From Callorhinchus milii (Eukaryota), in the NCBI RefSeq assembly GCF_018977255.1, contig NW_024704743.1:124001-188000 (forward strand): DNA of 64,000 nt. Direction: 5' to 3'. Position numbers and translations under genes: made by a program. The notes under the pieces are model-generated. The model saw only the letters and a list, made by a program, of their open reading frames with translations, was not told the DNA's origin and ran no database searches. This document shows, piece after piece, positions 37,301 through 51,000 of this stretch. Positions within the stretch are counted from its first letter, which is position 1; each line of letters opens with the position of its first letter.

Positions 37301-40300
37301 ATAATCCCTTAAATAAAATAATAACAATTTGGTCACTCAATCCATAACTGTTTGTGGGACACCGCTGTGCGCAATTGGTTGCCGCATTTCGCCCACAAAG
37401 TACACAGTCAATTCTCTTCAGAGTATTTTCTGTGAAGCGTTTTGCAAGGCCTCGACGATGTGATAAGGAGCTATAACACATGTAAGGTTTATTATTTTTA
37501 AATGGGCATCTAGTCTGAATGCACATCCAGTCTGATCACACATCTAATGGTTTTCCCATTGACTCGTCAGAGAGTAGTGTATATTGTAGCTTTAAAAATT
37601 TCTGTAAAGCATTCCTCTTCTGTTCCCTCTCTTCCCAATCTATAATGGTTATGCAGTGAATTGAGATTGGAGCCAGTTGGGTAATCAAAGTGCTTGACTG
37701 TCTTGACTTCAATTACCACAACCCGCACTTATTGAATCGTGGTAATTACAGGACGGAAGAAGACTATCAAGCCTGTTTGATCCTCCATAAAGCTATATTT
37801 ATCCCGATCCCTGTTCTTTCCCACAAATAATCTTGTGCGGTACTGTTTCTGTTTGATAAACAACTTGCAGTTACATAGCACCTTTCATGTAGGAAGCAGA
37901 ATGAGATTATAGTAGACGCCTCCAGCAGGGAAGCTCGTAGCACTGCACACGATGGTCTAAGTGGTCTACGTTTCTGTGAAGGTAAGTCTCACTTTACCGT
38001 GTTTCTGATCTTCCTAGTACGTGGGACCTCCTGTGGCGTACATCCAGCAGATCTTCGTGAAAGCCATTGTGTCTCCCTGGAACAAGAACCTGATCGCTGT
38101 GGATGCCTTCCGTGCCCCGCTGTCAAAGGCCTTTCAGCTGGTGGAGGAAATCAGGAACCACCTCTTACAAGATGGGTAAGCAAGGCTGGCATCACTTGGA
38201 CAGTAGGCTTCCGTTTCCGTGGTCCTCGCCTGGCATTTCCCTTGCGTTTGCTTAAAATATATTACAGCTGTTGTAGGGCACTGCTGTGCGCAATCGGTGC
38301 TGTTTTTTGGCCATAAAATTTACAGTATATTCTGTGAGGCGCTTTGAGACTGGAATATGTGAAAAGGCGCTATATCAAATGCAAGGATTATTAGAAAAAT
38401 GCCAACACCTTGTGTTCTCTCATCACCACCAGAGCTGGGAGCAAAAGCCTTGAAAATGTTTGCCTCCAGGTGACCGATCTACTCCCTGGGTTAAAGAAGC
38501 TGCAGAATCTCCTTCCTGAACATGGCTGCCTTCTCATCTCTCCAGCCAGCTTCTGGCAGAATGACCGTGAGCGCTTCAATAACGACCCGGACATCATCAG
38601 AACCATTCACCAACACGAACCCAAGCCGCTACAGACCTCTGCCTCTATCAAAGGTAACGTGAGATTTTTCTCTTTGGACCTGTTGGGCCGTGGAATCCTG
38701 TAGCGGTGTGGCTAACGTGCTCGCCTCACAAGCTAGCGGGCCCCGGTTCGATTCTGCAGAAAGCCAAATTTCTATGTTACGTACAATGTTATGGCGCGGA
38801 AACAGGCCATCCAGTCTGTGGCAGCGTTTGAGTCCGAGAGACAAAGAATATTTCAGCTCAAAAAAACTACCATCTTGTCACCAGTCGTCCAAGGCTTCCC
38901 GGCTTGACTATTCCAATGCCCTCCTCGCTGGTCTCCCCAGCTCCACCGTACACAAAACTCCGAACTCACCTGCGCAAAACTCAGTACTCCCATCACACCA
39001 GTCCTTGCCAGGCTCCCTGCTCTCAATCACCGAACCGATCAATCTCAAGATCCTCTCACTCGTTTTCAAATCCCTTGATATCGAGTTAATCTCGTCCAGA
39101 TCTTTCTGGTGATTCTTTCTAATGAGATAGATTTCTGGTAGGGAATAATATCTGGGGATACAGTACATAGTTTGGACCAGACATGTGCAAGTGACTGCCA
39201 GGATGGTGGAAGGTGAACTGGATGGACCTCGGTCTTCTTTCGCCAGCAAATTCTTATGTTTGTATGTTCCGTGTTGTGCAGACCTGCTGTTCGGAGTGCC
39301 TGGGAAGTACAGCGGGGTCAACCTATACAATCGCAAGCGTCTTGTTTCCTACACGGCCACTGTCATTCTGCAGGAATACGACTCCAGGTAAGTTCCTCAT
39401 CTGAACAGAAGTCGCTGGGAACACTCAGCAGGTCAGACAGCATCTAGAGAGAAGAAAGTGAGTTAACATTTCAGGTTGATGACCTTTCGACTGTTAGGAA
39501 ATAACATTATGGGATATAATACATAGGTAGTTCGGGACATATGTGCATGCGACTGCCAGGAAAGTGGAAGGAGAACTAGATGGACCATTTTTCTCTAGTA
39601 TTTCTTATGTTCTTATTGTCGATGATGCTGTCCCTTCGGATCAAATGTTAAACCAAGGTCCTGTCTGTGCCCTGCTCAGGTGGACGTTAAAGATCCTGCG
39701 GTGCTGTTCGAGAAAAGAAGGAAATTTCTCCCTCCTGGTGTCCTGGCCAACAATTCCCCAAATAAAATGGGTCACTCACTCTGTGACTATTTATGGGACA
39801 TTACTGTGTGCAACTGGTTGTCACATTTCTCCCCCAAAATACACAGTCACTCACTCTACAGTAAATCCTGTGAAGCAAGTGTTTTGAGAAGTCTTGGCGC
39901 CATGACAAGACTAACCAAAATGCAAGAGTCATTATTATTAATTTTATCGCTGTTGTGAAGAAACTCACCTGAGGCTCTCTCCAATTCTGCGGGCTCCTTA
40001 TAGGTTCCTCAACAGTCTTCGATCACGGCTGAAGCACCTTCACCCCAGTGTGAACAGCACCCTGAGAGAGGACCAGATTATCCACGTCCATTTTAAGGAG
40101 GAGATTGGCATCGCTGAACTGATTCCTTTGGTCACCACCTACATCATTCTCTTCGCTTACATCTACTTCTCTACCAGTAAGGCAACTTTTCTGTTCCATG
40201 TTTAACCCATGAATATCCTGTAGCTTACGTGTTAGAGCACTCACCTCGTAAGCGAGAGGACCCGGCAGGGCGAAACACTGGGCTCCACGTGCTTCTGTTT

Positions 40301-42000
40301 ACCTAGCAGTAACTAAGAAATCGGTTGTTAGTCAGTGGATCGCTTTTCCTGGGGTAATAATCCCTTCAAAAAAAAAGAAGAATTTGGTCACTCAATCTAC
40401 GGGTCACTGCTGTGTGCAATTGGCTGCTGGTGTTGCCCACCAAACACAGTCAATTCACTTTATAGTATATTCTTTATAGTATACACTTTAATACTATATT
40501 ATTATTGCACCACTCTACCTCCTCCTTTCCTTCCACCCCCAGTGTCACTGTTTAACCCAGCTCCCTTTGGCTCAGGTATTACATGTGAGTGAAGGAACGC
40601 CTCACTGTACTGTTTGTGTTCTCTCTGATCTTGGGTTCTGTGGTTTCTGCAGGAAAGATCGACATGGTGAAATCCAAGTGGGGACTTGCCCTGGCTGCCG
40701 TGGCCACGGTTCTGAGCTCCCTCCTCATGTCTGTGGGACTGTGCACCCTCTTCGGCCTCACACCTACTCTCAACGGAGGGTGAGCACCAGTTTTGTTTTC
40801 TGATGTGCATTTAGTGGTGAGTCCTGGCTCATTTGCAGGACCTGGAAGGACAGACCAGTCACTAGGGGCAGGGAGTTATCCTGCTCAGCTCCTTCTAACT
40901 CTGCAAGCCAAATCCCAAATGGGTAGGGTGGACAAGCAGTGGGAAAGCTTGCCAGGCATTGCTCTCAATGGCTATTGGGTTTTAGCTGGTTAAATTCCAG
41001 CAGTTACCCCAACGCACACTCTGGGCTCCCCCTCCAAACCTTGGCTCTTGCCAACCTGCGCATAATACTTTCTGGAATTAGGTAAGCATGGCGCATCCCT
41101 CCAGGGAGAGAAGAGAGAGAGAGCGCATTCCATTACAACATTCTGTCTCTGGGATTTCCAGGTGTAGGTGGGATGCATGGAAATCTTAGCTTGGTTTGCA
41201 TACTTTTAAGCATGGTGATGGGTTTCCGCATGGTGCCACCCAGCGAGTGGTGTGTTCAAATCCGAAGGAGGGATCACTGGGTGTGGGCGCGTTTCAGAAC
41301 AGCTTCATTTGAAAAGTTTATAAACTACTAAACAGAATGAAAAGGGTGAAAGGATGATGGAAGCAGATTCAATAGTAGCTTTCAAAAGGGAATTAGATAG
41401 CTACTTGAAAAGGGAAAAGATTGCAAGGCTATGGGGGAAGAGCAGGGGTGGGACTAGTTGGTAGCTCTTTCAAAGAGCTGGCACAGGCACGATGGGCCGA
41501 ATGGTCTCCTTCTGTGCCTTAAGATTCTGTTTCTAATAGCACGTCATAACTAATCCTGGAAAACAATAACAACTTGTATTTATACAGGGCCCTTCACGTA
41601 GGGTAGTGTCCTGGAGCGCTTGACAGTGGTGGAGCCAGGTGACCATAAGTACAATCAAAAAGAAAGGTCTTTAGGCAGGATTTGAAGGCGGGGAAGGAGG
41701 AGGCAAGGCGGAGGGATTGAGGGAGAGAGTTCTAGAGTGTTGGGGCTTAGTGGCTGAAGGCACGGCCACCGATGATGGAGCGGGAAAGAGGGCCGAACAG
41801 GAGGCCGTGCCTTCCCACGGTTGAGGTTACTTGATAATTCTGTGTGTGTGTCCGGGACCCTACCCTGAGTGAAAGGAACTATATAAATGTAAGTTATTGT
41901 TGTATGTGTGTGTGCGTGTGTGGGTCTGTGTATATGTGTGTACGTGTGAGAGTGTGTGTGTTTGTCTGCGTATGTATGTTTGTCTGTGCCTGCGTGTGTA

Positions 42001-42046
<46 letters not shown>

Positions 42047-45000
42047 AGCGTAAATGTGTGTGTCATTGCCTTTTTTTTCTCTTAACGCCACAGGGAGATC
42101 TTTCCGTACCTGGTTGTGGTGATTGGGCTGGAGAACGTGCTTGTCCTCACAAAGTCGGTGGTCTCCACTCCCGTGGATCTCGAAGTCAAACTGCGAATAG
42201 CTCAAGGTAATAGCAATCCTCGGAGATTGGGTCCATGCAGTTTGGCGTAACTGCAGCTTGGCGCAGCACTGAAACCATATAGGCCGAACGGCCCTAACAA
42301 GTCTGCAGTGGTGCTTTTCTCCACATGTGATCCCCCAAAGCGGAGTCCCCGTAGTGTGGTGATTGGCGCAAGCGAGAGGACCCGGGTTCGATTCCCGGCC
42401 GGGCAGGGCAGAACCTTAGCCACGTTTCCTCACTCCACACACGTCTCTTGCTTACCTAGCTGTAAGTAGGAACCCAGTTGTTGGGTGGATTGGCGGATCA
42501 CTTTCCAGGGGTAATAATCCCTCCAAAACAAGAAAAATGTGGTCACTCAATCCACGACTGTTTGTGGGACACTGCTACCGCCTTTCGCCCACAAAGTACA
42601 CAGTCACTCCATTTTATAGGATGTGAAGCCGTTTTGAGACGTCTCAGCGACATGATGAGGGGCTATATGAAATGCAAGGATTATTATTATTATTATTAAC
42701 TAATCCTGCTCTCCCACTCGCTTCCCCCAGACCCTTTACGAATAATAATAAAAGTCCTTTTGTTTGATATTTCTGTAGGTGACTGATGTAGCCGATTCGT
42801 GCACAAAGTAGGTTCCACAAACAACCCTGAAATGAGCGATTGATTTTATTTGGGGAATTGTCGGCCAGGACCTTGAGAGAGAAACTCGCTTCTCTTTTTG
42901 AATAGTGTCTTTAACATCCACCTGAACAGACACAGACAGGCCCTCGGTTTAAAAGTCTCACCTGATGGACGGCACCTCCAACAATGCAGCGCTCCTCTCA
43001 GCACTGCATTAATAATAATAATAAATAATAATCCTTGCATTAGATATAGCGCTTTTCACGTCGGGAGGACGTCCCAAAGCACTTCACAGAACACACTGTA
43101 AAGAGAATTGACTGTATATTTGAGGGCGAACGCGGCAGCCAATGGCGCACAGCAATGTCCCACAAACAGTCGTAGATTGAAAATGACCAATTTATTATTG
43201 TTTTGTTTTGGAGGGATTATTATTAGGCTCTGTGTGGAGTAAGGAAACTTGCCCAAGGTTTCGCCCTCTGCCGGGAATTGAACTCAGGTCTCTCGCTTGC
43301 AAAGCGAGTGCTCTAACCACTGAGCTACAGAACGCATTGGAGCGTCAGCTAGGACTGTGAGCTCAAAGTCCCGTCATGAGGCTTGAACCCACAATGTTCT
43401 GACTCGGTGAGGCGAGGCAGCTACCACTGAGCCAGGCTGATAGCACATGTATGCCAACTTCATGTGTAAAGGTTTGCACCACTTCTATTTGAACAATTTC
43501 CAAAAAGTAGGTAGAAATTTCTAATGCAAATGAGTCTGATTGCTTTTAGAAAATAATATGTTGGGTTACAGTATACGTTGCTGTAAATGTAGTGGGTTTG
43601 GAAGAACCAGGCAACTTTGGATCTAAGGTGTCCAACGTTTTCCACTCTAGTTGTAGAATAACCTAATATAGAATTAATTGCTGTCAAAATCTCCATTATC
43701 TCCAGCAAGCGACTACCAGCATGGCAGAAGGCAAACTAGATAGACCTTGCTCTGTTTTCGTCTAGCAATTCCTATGTACCGAAGCTGATGATTTAAAAGC
43801 TGGAGTGTGTTGGGTGGGCTTTGATTGTTTTTACTTATTTCTCTTTTTAACCCCACCCCACCCCCTTGTGACCCTCTGTGTGCCCAGGCCTGAGCAATGA
43901 AAGCTGGTCCATCATGAAGAACATGGCGACTGAACTCATCATCATCTTGATTGGATACTTTACGCTGGTTCCTGCTATTCAGGTGCGAAATGCCTCCTCA
44001 TGATAACAACACATTACATTTACACAGCGCGCCTTTCACATCGGGAGGACGTCCCAAGGCGCTTGGATTGTCAGGGATTTGGACCCGAGCCGATGGTTGG
44101 CATCAGGAAGGATGGTGGACGGGGGATACAGGTAGGAGGATGACCGAAGGCGAGGTGGAAGAGGAGGGCTGAAGCTCAACATAACTCATACTTTTCAAAG
44201 TCATATTACATGTATGGTCCTGACTGAAACTTAAGTCTGTATTCCCTTGAGTTTAGAAGGTTGAGGAGTGATCCGATTGAGGTGTTTAAAATAATAAAGG
44301 GATTTGATAGGGCAGCTACAGAGAAACTATTTCCTCTGGTGAGGGAATCCAGAACAAGGGCATCATCTTAAAACTAGAGCTAGGCCATTTAGGAGTGAAA
44401 TCAGGGGTAGTTTTTCACACACAATCTGGAAATCTGGAGCTCTCTTCCCCCAAAAGGCTGTAAACCCTGGATCAATTCAAATGGATCTAATAGAATGGCG
44501 GAACAGACTCGAAGGGCTGAATGGCCTACTCCTGTTCCTATATGTGTTCCGAGGTAACCCGGGCTAACCCTGAGTCTTGCGTTCAGCCAGGAGAAACTGA
44601 CAATTCTTAACAGACGCCTGATTATTTCAAGGTAGCAGGCAGACGAGCATTGGGACGGTAACCTCGTCAGTTTGTACTGAAGGTGACTGTGTGCCCCCGG
44701 CAGTCTGGAGAGGGAGTTGGTGACGATCCAGAATCCCTGAGGCTGAAACAGGAGGTCAGGGACTCTGCCCATGTTCTTGGCAAGGCGTAGCGTTTGAGAT
44801 ACGTTCTCGTGTGATCGGAGCCAAGTTACAGCGCCGAGCAGAGGTGGGGGTGGGCGAGGGGGCCAGGGGCGGGAACGCTTCGTTAGTTGGCACTGAACAC
44901 AACAAAAAAGTACTTTGCTTTTAGTTGACCTTGTGTTGTGATGGTTGGATCATTGGCTGATAAATGTTGATCAACTGGAGTCCTGTAGCTCAGTAGTTAG

Positions 45001-48000
45001 AGCAGTCGCCTCGCAAGCGAGAGGACCTGGGGTTCAATTCTGGTCAGGGCGAAAAGTTGGGCAAGTTTCCCTACTCCACACACGCATCTCTGTTTACCTA
45101 GCAGTAAGTAGGAACCCGGTTGGCGGATTGCTTTTCTGTAGGAACCGGGGGTAATAATCCCTTCAAAAAAAGTAATAATAATTTGGTCATTGAATCCCAG
45201 CTGTTTGTGGGACGCTGCTGTGCGCAATTGACTGCCATATTTCGCCCACAAAAATATACAGTGAATTCACATTGCAGTATATCTTGTGAAGCGCTTTGAG
45301 ACGTCTTGAAGACATGATATATATCAAATGCAAGGATTATTATATTATAACTACTGATTCCCAAAGGGCGTCAGGATTTTCCTTTGAAGAATTCTATTGA
45401 TGTCTGTTTTTTTTATTTAATGAGAGTTGTGGGTGAGGACGGTGAGGGGACACAGACATTAGGAAGTATTCTTTTGCACGGCAACAAGGGTATTTGGCAG
45501 CTGGGAATGTGTTACCAGGAAGGTTGTTGGGTGAAGCCGGGACGACAACAACTTATATTTATTTAGACCTTTCACGTGGGGTGGTTTGTATAGCGCTTTA
45601 TTAGGGACATAGTTCAAGACTTTCCTCTTCGACTGTGCTTGCGGTCACTTTATTCCTCTCCCTGACTCGGCATCAAGTCCCACCACTATTCAGTGCTCCG
45701 AGACGCTACAGTGTGAAGGCCACTATATGATAATAATAACAATAATAATAATAATCCTTGCCCTCGACTTAGCACCTTATTACATCAAAGCGCTTCACAG
45801 AATATACTGTAAAGTGAATTGACACTGTATTTTGTGGGCGAAATGCGAGTTGTTGTTGCTGCCAACCGAGCCAGGCTGACACTTTACTGTTTGAAAATTA
45901 TAAAAGGGTTTGATAAGGTTAACATAAACAGGCCGGTTGGGGACTCTGTACCCAGGAGACTCAAGGATAAGACAGCGACTTGGGGATCTGAAAAAGAATT
46001 TCGGAGGAACGACTTCACACAGAGGGTAGTGAGATTGTGGAACTCACTGCCTGAAGAAGCGGTCGAATCAGATATATCAACGTGCATTAGCACAGCGCCC
46101 TTCACATGGGGGCGCGTCCTGGAGCGCTTGACAGTGGCGTAATCTGACTCCGAGCCGGGGGGAGAGGGAGGGAGAGGGGAAGAGAAGGGTGTGAGAGTAA
46201 GGAGCGGATGAGGACTCGTGTGGACAAGGACTGGTTGGACTGAGGCGGCCTGTTTCCGTGCTGCACAGTCTCTGTATATCTCCGAAAGCCTTGTATTAAT
46301 CTGCCCTCTTTGCTCCACTTCCCCTCCGCAGGAGTTCTGCCTGTTTGCTGTGGTCGGACTCGTTTCCGATTTCTTCCTGCAGATGTTTTTCTTCACCACA
46401 GTCTTGTCCATCGATATCCGCCGCATGGAGGTAAGCCACAAACTGAGCCTGAAACACACACACACACACACACACAAACGCGCGCGCGTCCGTTTACCGA
46501 GCAGTAAGTATTTAATGGACCATCGTACTCTCTCTCTCTCCACCCACCCCTGCCCCCTCACTATCTCTTCTATACATTATATTTATAGATTTTTCCTCCA
46601 AGTCCCTTTTAAAAGTTGTTTGGATTTCTGCTCCACTCAGATGTTGGCTGTTCTCACATCAGTAAATGTAAGGTCATCACAACGATAACGATTAAAAAGG
46701 AGTTATAGTGAAGGTTAGAGACAAAGACCTTCACAACCAATGTGTTTGGCAGGGACAAATCTCTGCCACCCGCTTTACTTGACGCACAGCCTGTCAATGT
46801 TTTTCTATATAAAGAGGAATTGGATTAAAAGAAACACCAAACCTAATTTGTGGAGTGCCGTGGTTATCGCGCTCGCCTCGCAAGCGAGTGGACCCGGGTT
46901 CGATTCCCGGGCCGGGGCCAAAACAAAACCGTAGGCAAATTTCCTTACTCTGATACCTTATATTTTATAAATTATTATGAAAAGAGATGTAAAAGATGTG
47001 GCACTATATCAAATGCAAGGATTATTATTATATGTGGATATAAATGCAAGTTGTTGTCGTCATCGTTGTTGGTTCCAGTGATCAGTGAGGTCTCTCTCTC
47101 TCTCTCTCTCTCGCTTGTGGTTACACTGATTTCCAGCTGGCTGACCTGAACAGACGTCTGCCCTCAGAAGCCGTGCAGGACATCCCCGACCACCTACGGT
47201 TGCCTCGCTCCAAGTCAACCCCACGGCAGACCAGGTCTGAGCGCCAGCCCGCTATCAGGCAGACCGCTCCCTACACCATCTCCCTGCCACCCTCCTCGTT
47301 TCGTAACCTGCGGCTGCCCAAGAGACTGCGAGTGGTCTACTTCCTCGCCCGGACCCGGCTGGCCCAGAGAATCATCATGGTAACGCGTGGGACTGGAGTG
47401 AATGTGTTCCCTTGTATGAGGATGTCTTTTGGTTCTCTTCCTTTCCCCTCCTGCGTAATCTCACAGTGCAGTCCTGCACTGCACTGCGGTTTTAGTGCGC
47501 TCGCCTCACAAGCGAGAGGACCCGCATTTGATTCCCAGCCGGGTGGGGGGATACCTTCGGCAAGTTTCCTCACTCCACACACACACGCCTCTATTCACCC
47601 AGCAGGAAGTAGGAACCCCTGTTGTCAGTCGATTGACAGATCGCTTTTCCGGGGGTAATAATCCATCCCTAAATAAATAAAAATAATTTAGTCATTCAAT
47701 CCACGACTGTGAGACGCTGCTGTGCCCAGTTGGCTGCTGCGATTCACCCACAAAAGACACAGTCACTACACGTTACATTGCATCCTGTGAAGCACTTTGA
47801 GATGGCTCGACGATGTGATAAGGCGCTGTATCAAACGCAAGGATTATAATGATTATCATTCACTGTTTCTCCAGTATAAAAGCTGAACGACTAACCCTGG
47901 TTTGTCTCTCTCTCTGTTTGTGTGAGATGGGGACGGTGATCTGGATCGGGATCCTGGTGTACACTGACCCGGCCGGACTCCGGACCTACCTGGCGGCACA

Positions 48001-51000
48001 AGTGACGGAGCAGGGCCCCCTGGGGGAGAGCGGACTGCCTCCTCTGGCCGTGCCCCCTGGAGTGTTCCGCCGGGGGGCGGCCGAGGACGGCCTGCCCGGG
48101 TTCCCCCACCATGTGACTCCGGCCCTGGAGAACCAGTCTCGCGACACCGAGCGGGGCAAAGTCCCGGGGCCCATCGACTCCGTGCCTCTGGTGGCCCCCC
48201 AGAAGATGGCCGAGGAAGGCAAGCCGCTCGTTCCACCCGAGGCCAGCCCCCCGGACAGCGACCCCAAGGTGGAGATCACCTGGGGTTCCCAGGACGAGGA
48301 GATGTGGCGGAAGCTCTCGTTCCGACACTGGCCCAGTCTCTTCAGCTACTACAACAACACCCTGGCCAGGAAGTGAGTCATTCCCGGGATGCGTCGTGTC
48401 AGCGCGTGGCAGGCAATTTAGATTAATTCGCGGCGGAAAAACGAGGGCAATACAGTGTCTGTCTCGAGGCAAAGGAGCGAGGCGGAGGGACTGTGGGATG
48501 GAGTTCCAAAGGGATGGGTGGAGCTCCCACGGGTTAGAATCCTCGTTGGATTGGACTCGGGTGGTGAATTGTCACGTCTTCACTTTTACAGATACGTCAG
48601 TATTCTTCCCATCATCCCGGTCTCCTTCCACCTCAGCCTGCAGGACGTGCTGGAGGCACGGCACCCGCAGGACGCCAAGAGATACCATCCGGTCTTCCCC
48701 GCCGAGGGCAAACACCCTGATGGAAACTGGCTCGGGGACCCCCATCAAGCGGGACAGACACCCAGGCTCCCAGCTCACTTAGACATCACTCTCTACAAGT
48801 AATACCAGCCAGCTAACTCGATTCACCGCTAACACCGGGGAATAAATAAATAATAATCGCTTATAATCGTTATTTATTACAAACCATAAGTACTGATAAT
48901 AACTCGCAACCGTGTCGTTGACGGAGGGGATCGTAATGAATAATAATAATCTTGCATTTGATGTATCGCCTTATCACGTCAGAAGGACGTCTCCCAAAAC
49001 GCTTGACAGGATTTACGTAGAGTGGAGTGACTGTGTAAATTGTGGGCGAAACACGACAGTCAGTTGCGCACAGCAATGTCGCACAAACAGTCACGGATTG
49101 AGTGACCGCATTTTTATTTATTATTTGTGGGGTGGGGTAGATTATTACTCCCGGAAAGCCACTTAACAACCGGGTTCCTACTTACTACTGGGTAAACAAA
49201 GGCGCTTGGAATAAGGAAACTTGGCTAATGTTTCGCCCTGCCCGGCCGGGAATCGAACCCAGGTCCTCTCGCTTGCGAGGCGAGTGCGTTCGGAGCTGTT
49301 TTGAGGCACTGTGTCTAAGAGAATCCACGTTGTTGCAGTTTATTAATACAGGTTTTCTCTCTCTCTCTCTGGGCAGAGTGGCAGCTTTGGGCCTTGCCTC
49401 GGGGGTCCTGCTTGTTATCGTGCTGTATTGTCTGTATAAGGTCTTCTGCCCCAAAACTTACGGGCAGGGGGGCTTCTCTCATGGCCGGCGACGGCGGGGG
49501 GACCTTCCCTGTGATGACTACGGCTACTCTCCCCCCGTCAGCGAGACTCTCCCCCTGATTCTCAAGGGACATCTCATGGTGAGTCCACATTTGAAAAACC
49601 TGTATTGAGCTTCACTGTGTAATAATAATAAAAAGAAATAATAATACTTGCATTCTTCCTTGAGACGTCTCAAAGCGCTTCACAGCATACACTGTAAAGT
49701 GAATTGACTGTAATTTGTGGGCGAAAGAAAGAAGAGGTGAACGTTTAGCCTTTCAAGGCTCAATTGATGAGCTTCCCATTGCTTGTCCGGCGAGGAGCAC
49801 CTAACCTGTTAGGGCTTTAGTTTGCAGGTTTAACCATCATCGATTCCCGGCAGGGCAAAACCTTGGCCAAGTTTCCTTACTCCACACGCCTCTGTTTGAC
49901 CAGCAGTAAGTAGGAGCCCGTTGGCGGATGACTTTTCCCGGTGTAATAATCCCTTCAAAAATAATATTACTAATTTGGTCTCTCAATCCACAGTTGTTCG
50001 TGGGACACTGCTGTGTGCAATTGGCTGCTGCGGTAAAATCTGTGAAGCGCTTTGAGACACCTCGAAGGCGTAACAACGACAACAACTTGCACTTATATAG
50101 CGCCCTCCACGCAGGGTAGCGTCTCAGAGCGCTTGAAGAGATACAAGAGAAGGGAGTTTCTCTCTCTCTCCCAAAATAAAGTTGGTCACTCACTCCATGA
50201 CTATTTGTGGGGATGGTCCTAGACAGCAACAACAACTTGCATTTCCACAGTGCCCTTCAGCCGGGCGCTGTAGAAGGGTCAGGGGGAGCCAGGGGGAGAG
50301 GGAGGGGGGTGGGGGGTGGTGAGGTCACTGTGAAAAAAATGGAAGGTTCTTCAGGCGGGATTTGAAAGTGGTCATTAAACGTCACAGTCAAAGCTGTGAA
50401 GCGCTTTGTGACGTCTTGACGACGTGCTGAGACGCTTTTACCGAATGCAAGGATTATTATTCAGTGTTTGGCTGTGTTTTTCCTCCTCAGGATATCGAGT
50501 GTCTGGCCAGCGATGGGATGCTGCTGGTCAGCTGCTGCCTGTCGGGACAGATCAGAGTGTGGGACGCACAGACAGGGGACTGCCTAACTGTCATCCCAAA
50601 CTCAGGGTAAGTGACTCATTCGCTCACAAGACCATCGGCTTCTCACTCTGGTCTGCCTTTCTCTGCCTTCAAGTCACTATTTCCTGCAGAAATCCATCTT
50701 ATTTGTTCTTGAAACAAACAGCATTTTCTGCTTCCGTTGTCTGCCTCCCTGGGGAGCCGGTCTTGGCTGCCCACCTCCCCTCCCCATTCCCCCAGAGGAT
50801 GGAGTTTAAGATCCTTGTCCTTACCTTTAAAGCCCTCCGCAGTCCTGCTCCTCCCTACCTCTGGGACCTGCTGAAACCCTACCAACCTTACAGCCACCTC
50901 TCCCCCCCACCCCCCCCCACCTACACCCCCCGACTCGGAGTCAGGCTCCGCCATTGTTAAGCGCTCTGAGACGCTAAGATGTGTGGAGGGCGCTATACAA

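Noticed and set aside
49722..49790. Possible hammerhead ribozyme (TGATGAG and a nearby stem)
   Set aside because: CUGANGA and GAAA boxes cannot be placed on one strand with proper stems
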